A stretch of 64,000 bases of DNA from Pseudogymnoascus verrucosus (Eukaryota): assembly GCA_001662655.1 (NCBI GenBank), contig KV460228.1; one strand, written 5' to 3'. Below are positions 38,556-49,933 of this stretch, piece after piece. Made by a program: the position numbers and the translations under genes. Below the pieces are notes generated by a model, which made no database searches, was not told the DNA's origin, and saw only the letters and a program-made list of their open reading frames with translations. The first letter of the stretch is position 1. Every line of letters begins with the position of its first letter.

Positions 38556-40797
38556 ATGCCACCGCTACTTGGGTTTTCCGATAATCCATTCCAGTCCCGC
38601 GATGATGTCTTGCAAGCTGCCACATCCCTCCTCAAACCTCTAACGCCTTACAAGTCACCGTGCGGCGCCAGGGTCAAGTTGTCCACTGCAACAGGAACAG
38701 GGTTTGATGAAATCTCAGCTCAACTCGAAGGCTTTGCAAGGCCACTCTGGGTTGTTGCGGACTTACTCGCAGCGCAACCCACCACGTCCGCGACCGCCTC
38801 CGGGGATCTAGATCTCTACTCATGGATTCGCGGACTGGACGCTGGCGTTGATCCGCGTTCGGATACGTTTTGGGGCCATACAGGAGAGCATGATCAACGC
38901 ATGGTGGAAATGGAGCCCATAGCATATGCGCTCTTGACCGCCCCTACGGCATTTCTATCAGCGCTCCCGAACACACCAGGTTCGGACTCTCAAGTGGATC
39001 AGCAAAAGAGAGACCGAATTGTAGCCTGGTTGCGGTTAATAAATGAAAAGACAGTTCCCCCATCAAACTGGCGTTGGTTTAGAATTCTGGTGAACCTGGC
39101 ACTGGTAAAATCCTGTGGGGTTCCCTACGATGAGGTCAAGCCATTTATAGACGTTGATTTCAAAATGCTGGACTCGTTTTATATCGGAGATGGTTGGTCA
39201 TCAGATGGTCTATGGTCTGCGGACAAGAGGCAAGCAGATTACTACTCGGGCAGTTTTGCAATTCAGTACTCGCAGCTGGCGTACGTCCGTTTCGCACGGG
39301 ACCTTGATCCCGAGAGGGTCGAGCGTTATCGATCGGAAGCTGGAGAATTTGCAGCGACCTTTTGGAGGTACTTCGATGTTAATGGTGAGTTTTTTGCAAT
39401 TCACAAGCCCTTAGAACCTGCATTGGATGTGCATTATCTGACGTGTCAAAGGCGCTGCCATCCCATTTGGTCGGAGTCTGACGTACCGTTTTGCATTTGC
39501 GGCATTTTGGTCGGCAGCGGTCGTTGCTGAAATTCCTCTTCCAGCCCCATTAAATGATATGGGCGTCGTCAAAGGACTTTTGTTGCGCCACCTCCGTTGG
39601 TGGGCAAAGCAATCCGATATCTTCAACACAGATGGAACCCTCAATATCGGTTATACTTACCCAAACATGTTCATGAGTGAAGATTATAACTCGCCACAGT
39701 CGGTCTACTGGTGTTTGAAAACATTCTCGGTTCTTAGATTGAGTGAGGATCATCCTTTTTGGCAATGTGAAGAGCTCCCCCACCCTCTCTCAACAAATAC
39801 TCTATCTCATGAGCTGGGCAATCAAAATGATACAAGTCTCAGCCCTTTTGGTGTCGTTAACCCCGCCGCGCAAATCACCTGTAGTCTCCCAGAGCATCAC
39901 TTCCTCCTCTCCGCAGGACAATCGACGCAAAAGCCGCACCGAGCCAGAGAGGCCAAATACAGCAAACTCGCATACTCGTCCGCATTCGCATTCAGTGTTC
40001 CAGTCGGCCCTCTCCTCTCCCAGATGGCACCCGACAGCACTCTATCAGTTAGTAATGACGGTGGCGACACATGGAAAGCTCGATGGGAGCCAGAATCTGC
40101 TCGGATCAAGTCAGTTCAACTCACGTTAGAGGGTCAAAAAGATAGTGGGCCGAAAACTACCACTGTACCGGTCCTCATAAGCGCGTGGCGGCCGTGGAAA
40201 TCTACTGATTTTAAGATTGAAACTATCCTTATTCCTCCCTTGGAGAGGTGGCCGGGATGGCATGTCCGTGTACACGTATTGACTTGGAAAGCCCAATATT
40301 CAGACTCGTTGTTCCAGTTAGTGGATGCGGGTTTTGCAATATCAAGTGAAGGAGTTACAGGGGTTGTTCTGCCTACTCTTACCCCGGAGCTGAGAGACTT
40401 ATTGTCCAGTGAAGATGAAAAGGCAACAGACGCGGCCCAAGAAGGTATTTGGGAAGGAGATTATAATTGCTTAGTTCTTTCCGACGCAGGAGCGAGTGGT
40501 ATCGCTGATTTATCGGCCGGAGCCCAAAAACGACCACCCATCGATCCTGTATTTGGCGGTCGTGAGTGTCGAAGCGATCTCTTGAGGCCAGATTCAAACA
40601 CAAATTTGGTGGCACAGAGATCTCGCATTCCCTCGTTGCATCACCGCTTCCAGGTCCAAGGTAATTCTAGCGAAGCATGGCTTATCACAGGGATTTTTGC
40701 TGTGTCTAGTTCTTCTGGATTAGATAATGCCAGTATCAGAGAGCTATGGCGGGACAAACCGCGCCTGGACGTAGAGGAATATACCAATATATTATAG
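38556..40797 (+). CDS. DUF2264 protein (GH154 beta-glucuronidase-like), no signal peptide
   Basis: [42 protein letters not shown] and, across an intron, [13 protein letters not shown]; also [11 protein letters not shown]. Confidence 0.88.
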
Positions 40798-40922
40798 AGC
40801 TCGACCATCCTATCATGCCCTAGAAGTAGTTTAAATAGACAGCAAAGCGTGCAAATATAATTTAATTATTATCTACTAAATGTTAAAATTATCCAATAAG
40901 GATTCTCAACTATAGTGTTTAA

Positions 40923-43700
40923 CTAAGAATTCCAAGTATCAAGAGCATCTCTTGCCAGGGCCAAATTCTGGATAACAGCCAACCCATACTGAGCGACATC
41001 ATTTGACCCGAGCCAGGGCGCTTCATCAAGAGCCACCAAGACTGAGCTACCACTCATATGGGTAGTATTCCAGGGTGTGTTTGGACCAAGACCATCCGAG
41101 TTCAAGAGATCGCGCCACGCTCGCTTGGCCAACGTCGTGTTGCTGGTCTGGTGAGCGGCGTACGCTGTGAGACGCGAATGAGCCTGTAGCAAGCTGATGT
41201 CCTTGAACTTAACTCCATAACGAGCTACCTGTTCGTCACCAGTTGCTGCATAGTAATAACAGTAGTCGTACCATGCGTCTTTGAAACCTGCTGGGAGGTC
41301 ATCGCCGTAGTACTCGATGGCCTCGGAGACTACTTCGGGGAGACCAAATACGGCTGACAGATGAGAGACATCGACGAGACCTTTGTTGTCGGGATCCAAT
41401 GGAGGGGGGCCTAAGGTGCTGTTCTGAAGACTGTACAATCCGGATCCAGTGACAAAGCCATACTTGAGATTAGCGATGCTGGTGATTGTGCTCGTGAGCT
41501 TAGTCTTTGCCTCTTCCCATCTAAGTCCGCGGCGCTCCCATTCAATGAGCCATCCACTGGCAAGAGCAGACCAATCGGTTCCCAGACTGAATGCAACCGT
41601 TGAGTTAGGGGTTGGAACCCAGCCATCTTTGCGCACTTTTCTTTGAGGGTCCAGAATTCCGTACGTCGTCTCCGTGTCCAGAAGCTCATCGAATAGCTCT
41701 CCGATCCGCTCGTCACCGCCGGAGAGGTAGTAGAAGTACTTGCGGTATTGCGGTTGCGAAATACGGGCTTGCTTTGCGCTATCAGCCCAATGCTGGACAC
41801 CGTGGCGGGTGCCCAAGCCCTTCCAATCACCAATGTGGTAAACATCGACCTCACCAGTGTGGCGGGTGAGAGCCTCTGCGAATCGGTAGACATCTTCTCT
41901 ACCAGTGCGTAGGAAGTATTGCCAGAAAAATAGGTCGGGGGAAAGCTCGGAGTTATCCCAGCCATACCCACCCACATCGTAGCGCCAGGTATGCCTATCT
42001 GTATCGTAGCTATGCATGAAATCGCCGTAATTTAGGAACCCGTACCACCTGCGTTGCTCGACTTCTTTTTGATATTGCTTGAAAAGGAAATCGAGGTGGC
42101 CCTCAATCTCTGCAGAACGTGCACTAGTGGTATCAGGCAGTCCCCAGTAGGACCCAAGGGCCTTTGTTTTCTGAATATATGCGGGTTCTGCCGTCAGAAC
42201 AGGTGGGTTGTTCATATGTTCTGTCAAATCCGATAGTGTGTCTCTCGAAGGCGTCTTCTCAAAGCCAAATATGAAGACTTCACTTGTTCTAGCAATTCCA
42301 TAAGGAGTATTGAATCCCGGTTCGTAATCTTCATATGTGATTTCAAGAGCGTCCAACTGATCGGCATAGGTTGTCTGGTTCAGGCCATCATGGTAAGGGC
42401 GAAGATCTAATGGTTCTGCCGCTGGGTCGTAAAGCCACACCGTGATCTCTCCGAGGTCTGAGGCAGCATTGGAGATGTCAAGACCACTAGGATAGCGCTT
42501 CCAGAAGTCACGTAGTCCCACGGCCAGTCCACCTTGTGTAGCGCCTCCAAGATATGCAAGTCCGCCAGCGCGTGTACCTCCAGAAATGTTGATCCAGCTT
42601 TGTCCAGCTTTGGTGCGTTTCTTCAGGGTGAAGCCATCGGAGGATAGTTGAGACAGGCTGTAGTCGCCCCAAGCTGGGATCCACTTCATTCTGGTCGACA
42701 CACGCGTATCCCAGGTACTAATGTCTGGAACCACAACACCATCATACTGTGCAGTCCTCACGGCTGCTCCAGGATCTCTCCTTAGGCCGGTGATCCCTTT
42801 CACCGCTTCGCTGAGAAGGCCGCCATCAACACCAGCAATCCTAACATGGCGATTGTATAGTTCTTCTCCTTTCAGAGGGACTCCGAATCGGATCCCCAGG
42901 CCGGTGATGAAATTCTTCTCGGCAGGTGCATCAAACACGAGACTGTGGACAAGGCGAATGGCATCGGAGTTAGAGTACAGGTAGAACCGCAGGACGAATG
43001 GAAGCCAGTCATCATGAGGGCCTCCACTAGTGACTTGATGCTTGCCACGGACGGTGACCAAGGCACGCACGGAATTCTGCTTTCCCACTGTAACTCCCTC
43101 AATTTTACTCGCGAAGTTGAGGTTCTTAATCGGCTGCTTTCCACGGCTATCGGAGTTGGAATCCACACCCGACTGGCTTTGAAGAACAAGTCGACCATCT
43201 TGCCCAATTATCTTCCCACCTGCAGTCTGGATCGTATCAATGATGTTGCTGCCTGATTTCGGGAATGACACTTTCAGTTTGCCCGTGTCGACGGTAATCT
43301 TCTTTGCGGTGTCGGTAACCTTCAACTTATTTTTGCTGTTCGTGCTGGCAGACTCAACGGATGCGGCCGACTTTGAAGCAGTCACGGTGTATTCGTCGAG
43401 GATGTTCTCAGATGCTGCAATTGCATGTCCAGTCCACTTGACCGAGCCATCAGACCAGTAGCCAGTCACCCATGACTGGAGATCGACCTGGTTGGATCCG
43501 CTGGAGACGGTAAACTTAGTTTTCTTGGGATCATGCTGACCCTGTGCCCATGGGACACCAAAGGTTGTTCCAAGGTTGTGTGCCGGCTTGTCACCAAGCC
43601 AATGCACAGTTGCCGCGCTCGAGGAGCCAGAATTGGTAGTGGGTGAAGCCGTGCCCAATCCAAAGAAGCCGCAGAGGGCAATATAAACTGGGGTCCGCAT
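40923..43700 (-). CDS. Secreted PL26 exo-rhamnogalacturonan lyase (PcRGLX/YetA-like), intronless
   Basis: Signal peptide MRTPVYIALCG...; TTFGVPWAQG, YWSDGSVKWTGHA, RRWYGFLNYGDFMHSYD, WRYDVGGYGWDNSEL, RHTGEVDVYH and LGTRHGVQHW motifs. Confidence 0.88.
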   Translation of the reverse strand: MRTPVYIALCGFFGLGTASPTTNSGSSSAATVHWLGDKPAHNLGTTFGVPWAQGQHDPKKTKFTVSSGSNQVDLQSWVTGYWSDGSVKWTGHAIAASENILDEYTVTASKSAASVESASTNSKNKLKVTDTAKKITVDTGKLKVSFPKSGSNIIDTIQTAGGKIIGQDGRLVLQSQSGVDSNSDSRGKQPIKNLNFASKIEGVTVGKQNSVRALVTVRGKHQVTSGGPHDDWLPFVLRFYLYSNSDAIRLVHSLVFDAPAEKNFITGLGIRFGVPLKGEELYNRHVRIAGVDGGLLSEAVKGITGLRRDPGAAVRTAQYDGVVVPDISTWDTRVSTRMKWIPAWGDYSLSQLSSDGFTLKKRTKAGQSWINISGGTRAGGLAYLGGATQGGLAVGLRDFWKRYPSGLDISNAASDLGEITVWLYDPAAEPLDLRPYHDGLNQTTYADQLDALEITYEDYEPGFNTPYGIARTSEVFIFGFEKTPSRDTLSDLTEHMNNPPVLTAEPAYIQKTKALGSYWGLPDTTSARSAEIEGHLDFLFKQYQKEVEQRRWYGFLNYGDFMHSYDTDRHTWRYDVGGYGWDNSELSPDLFFWQYFLRTGREDVYRFAEALTRHTGEVDVYHIGDWKGLGTRHGVQHWADSAKQARISQPQYRKYFYYLSGGDERIGELFDELLDTETTYGILDPQRKVRKDGWVPTPNSTVAFSLGTDWSALASGWLIEWERRGLRWEEAKTKLTSTITSIANLKYGFVTGSGLYSLQNSTLGPPPLDPDNKGLVDVSHLSAVFGLPEVVSEAIEYYGDDLPAGFKDAWYDYCYYYAATGDEQVARYGVKFKDISLLQAHSRLTAYAAHQTSNTTLAKRAWRDLLNSDGLGPNTPWNTTHMSGSSVLVALDEAPWLGSNDVAQYGLAVIQNLALARDALDTWNS

Positions 43701-44395
43701 GATTGAAAGCCACTTGCGTGAGGATTCACTCCCAAAACTTTTGGAAATGAAGCACGCCCTGGGCAAAACTTAACTTGCCGTGGTTGAATAGTCCGTGAGG
43801 GTCAAAACTGCAGACTATATAGACAATTACTACATCACGTAGCCACTTAACTTTTGCACGCAAGAGTCCTCGGTGAAGATGGTGCACCGAGATTGCACCA
43901 TATGATCCATGCATGATGCAGCTAAGAATTGGAGTTTAGATGATCTGCCCATGTCTTGCGCCTGTTCCTATCCTGAGCTTCCAGCGAGCACTTGTTTATC
44001 TCGGGTTAAAGATGGGCGATGGATAATCGCGAAGTTAATTCTCCGTTGAGGAGACCATTAACCACGAATGACGGAGCGCGGGGGAGTGCGGGGGTTACAG
44101 GGGCAATACTGCCGGTAATTCGGAGTTTCTTGGCTCCTTGGCTTTGATCTGATCGGTCGTACTTCGTAAACTTGTGGAGGCACGTGGGAATATCAGTCTG
44201 TATAGTTAGTAAATATTTGACGACAACTTGTGCAAGCGTCTGATATAGTATGTGTCGGTAAAAAATACAGGCGAGACCATTCGGCCGAGTGGTGGTGTCA
44301 ACTATTGTGTCTGCAACTAAGGCCAGACATACGGCAATAGGTAGAGACAATGATTTATTTGGGCTTGTGTATGTGTATGTAATAATATTTATTGT

Positions 44396-44441
44396 ATTCA
44401 TAATCTCATAATATGTACATTCATAATCTCATAATATGTAC
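44396..44441. repeat. Exact 23-bp tandem duplication
   Basis: attcataatctcataatatgtac occurs twice in succession. Confidence 0.9.
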
Positions 44442-44637
44442 TCGATGACATGGCTATTGCGCCTGCCTACTCTGTATATTGGTGGCGGGTCGCACCTTCC
44501 TCCAGTTCCAACGCTCATCGCTCCCAAGTTTTACGTTAGGAGGAGCTTGACAATGCTTAGCAACAGCTAATACCCAGTGAAGTGATTAACCAACTGCAGC
44601 AGTCTTAAGACTTAAGATTCAAGCGTAATTACCCCCC

Positions 44638-45777
44638 TCATTTAGCGTATGCCGCAATAGCTGGCTCGGTGAAAACATGGGTCTTGTACGCGACGATGTT
44701 GGGAACAGCAGTGAGCAAGATGCTTTCACCCGTGATGCCGTTCAGACCTGGGGCAGCCAAAGCCCAGCATAGCGTCGCGGTATTCAATCGAGAGCGGTTT
44801 CCTGGTCCATCATGGGTGAGTGCATCTTCGATGAGAGCCCAAGCAACTGCATTGTACAGAACACCTTCGTGGAGAACAATTTGAATGGTACCAGGGCACA
44901 TATCTTGGACCTGGTTGTTTGAGACACCGACATTGCGAGCATCCAACATAATAGAAGACGCGCCAGCTCCAGACTCTGGCTGGACAATCTCATCGGTGGC
45001 GCTGTAGAAAGTTGTGGTGGGAACATATGCGCTATCGCCGCCGTTGCTTCGGAACGTGGCGATGAAGTTCGACTTGTCTCTTTGTTGTTTGATCGATGGT
45101 GTGCAGAGCGCAATGGTCAATCCGCTGCAGACCAAGTCGGCCTCAATAGTGCCCCTGAAATCTGGGGCGAGAGCCACGAAATCGGACACGACGCTCCTTG
45201 TCGACGGCCAGTACTTCAAGCCCCACTGTGTATTGATGCCTCCCTGGGACCATGAAATCACAGAGATGTTCTTCTGCTGGCTGACGCCAGAAAGGTAGTT
45301 CATGGCGTAGGCCACGTATTCACCATTCACCTGCGCGTCTCCCAAACTATAGCCGGGGATGTTGAGCCATACTGGGTCTGCGTAGGTGGAAGCAGCCAAC
45401 AGCTTTCCAAAGGCATTCGAATATGATACCCCTCCTGGAAGCGAAGTTCCGGGAACCAGGAGCACCGGTTGCTTTCCGGTCTTGCCATACTGGAAGGTCG
45501 ATGGGATGTAGATGGCGCTGCGGAGGGTGTTCTCGTCTACCGAGTAAGGGGCATCTCCGGCAGCCTTCTTGGGATAGATCGCGGTAGCTGGGTTGATGGT
45601 GTTCTTGTTGTTAGAGGAGTTCACGCCAGTCGTCTGTCGTGCTTCCAGGGCCTGTCGTGCCTCGAGGGCCTGACGCGCCTCGATGGCCTGGCTGATCTCG
45701 GGGGTTGGCACGGCCGAGACATGAGAAGCCAAAGCTAATAACGAGGCATAGCTCAGGAGAGTAGTGAAGCACTTCAT
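44638..45777 (-). CDS. Secreted lipase B (CalB-like alpha/beta hydrolase)
   Basis: Signal peptide; PVLLVPGT, DAQVNGEYV, SWSQGG nucleophile elbow, APDFRGT, YSATDEIVQP and LHEGVL (putative catalytic His). Confidence 0.92.
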   Translation of the reverse strand: MKCFTTLLSYASLLALASHVSAVPTPEISQAIEARQALEARQALEARQTTGVNSSNNKNTINPATAIYPKKAAGDAPYSVDENTLRSAIYIPSTFQYGKTGKQPVLLVPGTSLPGGVSYSNAFGKLLAASTYADPVWLNIPGYSLGDAQVNGEYVAYAMNYLSGVSQQKNISVISWSQGGINTQWGLKYWPSTRSVVSDFVALAPDFRGTIEADLVCSGLTIALCTPSIKQQRDKSNFIATFRSNGGDSAYVPTTTFYSATDEIVQPESGAGASSIMLDARNVGVSNNQVQDMCPGTIQIVLHEGVLYNAVAWALIEDALTHDGPGNRSRLNTATLCWALAAPGLNGITGESILLTAVPNIVAYKTHVFTEPAIAAYAK

Positions 45778-47125
45778 CTTTCCGTGTAGCTAATTGCAGA
45801 GGCACTGTCTTCTTTTGGATGGCGAGAACTGAGATGAAGGCCGTAGGATGCTGATCTTGTCTGGTTCAACTAACATTCCTCAGGGATTCCCCACACTCTT
45901 TATATACTCTAGTTCTTCGTCTGCCCAAGGGCAGCAATCTGAATGGGTCCCCATTGCCGCGCAATCTTCTTCTCGTTATGGGGCCATAATTTTTCACATG
46001 TTAAGAAAAAAAACAGAAGACTGGGGATATAATATGGGGATTGGGTTTGACAGTCTGGGGTTTAACTTTTCGGCATGTGCACGCACACGGACGCACTTGC
46101 GGGGTATAGAACGCTGGGTTGGGATAGGGCTAGCGCGCGGGGGGACTATTACAATATGGGGTATGGGGTATCACGCGGACGATGATTCTCAGGAACCATC
46201 AGGAACTAGCAGGAAACCTTACATTTACATGTGAGAAGTGAAAATAATTATATTGTATCGGCTCTTTGACCTACCTAATAGGGCCGTTTGAAGCACACTT
46301 CCAATGCCACGATCCAAGAAAGTGTGCATATTCTCTAGTTAGTGCGTTATGCTTCGCGTTATGTATGCTCATCAACGATCATCACCAATCTCTTCCGAAT
46401 CAACCGAGCCCACGATCAAGGCAGTGCTGCGGAGTCCTGGAGCACACATCCGAACAAATTACCAATGCCATAAATATACTATACCAAAAGTAGGTGTTTA
46501 ATTCTACGCTTGTGGGGGTGGCTGGGCAGAGCTTGACTAGAAGGGAATTATTTGCGAGTCAACTAAGTTGACTCGGACGCGCGGAGCTGAGTCCCATTTA
46601 GTTTATTACTGCCTTGGTATCGTTTGGGCTCAAGCACCCCTGAAATCTCATAGCCGCACACATAAACTTCGCATTTATGAAAGTCAATGCAAACCCAGAC
46701 ATTATTGAAGGAGGGAGTTACAAACTCAAAATATATAGACTTTTAAATTTACATTAGAAATAGGAGGACCTAATGCCGGGACAGCGGCCATTTATGTAGG
46801 GAGGGGCGTGGGGGTTTTCTAAATCAACAAAACTCAATCGTCATCGTACAAAAGCAAGCTCTCCACACCACCCCGATCCACCTGCCTTCTCCCACAAAGG
46901 AAGGAGAGCATCACCACACACAGGCTAGAAATACGGAGCACACCGTAAAAACGTAAGCAATTAGCGTCGGACCGACTAACTAGAAATCTCGCTCATATAT
47001 TATGACCAGCAACACAAACATGTACACGAAATATAGCGTACACCAAGCGCCGAGAGCACCCGCACCTGTATCCAGAACTCCAAATCCACAGCGAAACCTG
47101 CGTGAGGAACCCACAACAGCAGCTT

Positions 47126-49529
47126 CTAGATCTCATCTCCCTCCTCACCAGCGGCAAAGTCCCACTTTCTGCCTCCCAGCTTCCTCACCCTCCCCTTCAC
47201 CGGACTCGTTTGCGTCCCAAGATGACCCAGGACGTCCCTCGGCTCCCCGGTCCTCTTCGTAGGGCTGCCTCCTCCAACCTCCCTCTGTAGCCTTATCACC
47301 ATAGCTCTCAGCGCGCGATTCTCCTCCTCTAGCTCCTCCATCCCCTCATGGTTCTCCTTCCCCTCTCCCTCCATTCCCAGACCCCTCACCAGAACCTCAA
47401 CCTTGCGATCAAGATGCTCACCCCCCCTCTCCTTCTCCTCCTCCCACCTCGCCTTCCACCTCTTCAACTCAGTCTCAAACCTCTCCTCCATCTCCCCCCA
47501 CATCTCCTCCCTCACAACAGCCTCAATCTCCATAGCCCTCTCCTCAGCACTCACCAGCCTCGCCTCCGCCTCCTCCCTCCCCTCCCTCTCCGCCACAACC
47601 TCCGCCCTCAACATATCCATCTCCTCACTCAACCGCGCAATCTCCATCGCAGCCCTCTCCATCGTAGCCCTCTCGTCATGACCCTGCTGTCCCTGATACG
47701 AGCCGCTATTCCCGCTAGTGCTCCGCGGCGGCGGTCCCCCAAAGACGGATGCCGTGATCGACGGGATGCGCGGGACGGTGATCTCGCGCGCTAGCGCTGA
47801 GTAACGTAGGATCTGGCTCGTGGCGTTGAAGTCGCCGACGGGGTCTGCAGCGACGATCATAGTAGCGCGCTGCGGGCGCGGCGCGTGTGAAGATCCGGAG
47901 GAGGTGGAGGGGAAGGAGTTGGAGAAGAGGAGCTCGGTGAGTTTGCACTGGCGGTATGGGACGAGGTTGGGCTGTGTAGGTTAGCATGTGTGCCATGACA
48001 ACATTGGAGCTAGAAAACTTACCTTTGTCGAGTTCCCTAGCTCGCTCTGCATCTGCAGACATTGTCCCAGATACATTAAACTCTCATTAATCTTGCCCGC
48101 CTCCGCGAGTGTTGCGCCCTGTGTCCTCGCATCCCTCGCTCTCTCACTCCCGGCAAGATCCACGATCGTCAGCGCACTTCCGCGCCACTGCCCTGTCTCT
48201 CCTCTCGCGTTGCGCGACCGCTTCTTAACTTCTACGCAGAAGAAGCCGTGGCTGCGCGAGGAAACGCTGTTGCTCCCTGTGCCGGCGACGCGGCGCTCAT
48301 GTAGTCCAGCTTCGAGGACCATGAGGGCCTCGCGCGCGGAGGCGCAGATGACTTTGCGCAGGCCGGCGACGAGCTTGCGCTCCGGGCTGGCCTCGGTGGG
48401 TTTGAACAGGAGGGGGCGGCGGCGAGGCTCTTTGACACTGGGGGTGCGAGGGGAGGGTGTGAGGAGGTCGTAGATACGGTCATTGTAGACTTCGTACATA
48501 GAGATTACGACGGCATAGTCGGTGGCGGGGTCGGAGGGGAGGGTGATATCTTCGATAGATGGTGAGGCGGGGGTGGGCGCTGAGCGGGGCATAGGTCGCC
48601 TGGGGGTTGGCGGGATGGATTCGCCCTTGAGTTGAAATTTAGCATCTTTCTGGCCTGGAAGTCTTGTGGCATAGGTTCTCGTGGATCTCATGTAAGAAGG
48701 AGTCCGGGCGGACGCTTGTGCGCGGTGCGGCTCTGGCGGGGTAATTGGCCTGGCCAGCCCATGACTTTTGGGACTTCTGGTGCGGCTACTGAGCCGCGGG
48801 AGGATGGGGTAGAAACTTTTCTCATGGGGGGAATGGGAGGGACGGGGAAATGAACCGGGTATATGAAAGGGGGTATGTACTCTCATCGGCGTTGCAGCGC
48901 GTGAGGTTGCGCGGCTGGCGCACGATTGGTCGCCGTAGATAATATCCAGGAATCCTTGCGAGGAGAGGACTTGTGCTTCTGATGGGTCTGAGGCGGCCAC
49001 AGAGGCGTGGAGGGAGTATGTTGTGGAGGGGTCGAGGATGTTGTTTGAGATAGAGCGGAACAAGAGATCAAGAGCGAGTTGTGTAAGACCGCGTTGACTG
49101 CGAGATCCGAGGATCGTATGGCTCTTCTTCACATCAGTATTGTTGACGCATAAAATTCAGGGCGCGTTGTCTCACCTTTCCTGACCCCGTCACCCCTAGA
49201 GTGGCCAGGAGGCCATCCCTCCCATCCCCGCCGTTTGCCGCAAGGACACCCTCAACGAGGGGTATCACACCCGTTCCATGAAAAATATCCAGCTGCGAGG
49301 CCTCTTCTTCAAACACCTGCGTAAAACCGAATTTCTCTACCGCCCTCCTCCTGTTATCATTCGGTGGGTTGAGTGTGATATGTGTCGGGGCACCTTCATT
49401 CGATTCTTCGACCGTGACGAACCGCTCCGAAGTGGTTAATGTTGGGTAGAGCGAGTTTGGCGCTGGCGGAGGTCGTAAGCGCAGGTACACTTGGAAAAGC
49501 GCGGATTGAGGCTTTGGAGGAGGCTCCAT
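47126..49529 (-). CDS. Kinesin motor protein, probably kinesin-6 like
   Basis: VYLRLRP, P-loop GVTGSGK|SHT, YEVYNDRIYDLL, NSVSSRSH, DLAGSER, INESL and VPYRQCKLT motifs; long insert after the P-loop; C-terminal coiled coil. Confidence 0.93.
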
Positions 49530-49933
49530 AACGAAAGTCGTGGTTCGAGGAGGTGGGTAGGTAGTTGATTCCAGCGACGTGTTCGTGGATTGGCACTTTG
49601 TGTCAGTCCGATGGTTCAGGTCAACATATGTTGCGGTTGACGCAGCAACCATCCCCTCCCGAGCGCTTATCGCCAACCAACAATGGCACAGTTCCTTGCT
49701 TATTTCAACGCCGGCTTCGATCTATTGTTAGCATTATTCGGTTTTAAATTTCAAAGTCACACGTCCGATCAAGAGGCATCGATAATAAAGTAAACGCCAT
49801 TCAATTTTCCGTATCATAATCCTAGTGTTACCACACTCATCTTGCTAAAACTTCCTATAATATATATTTCCTTCACTCTTGTCCCCTCACATGAGATAAG
49901 AAACCAACGGTTCCCAACATATCGCTCTCCAAT

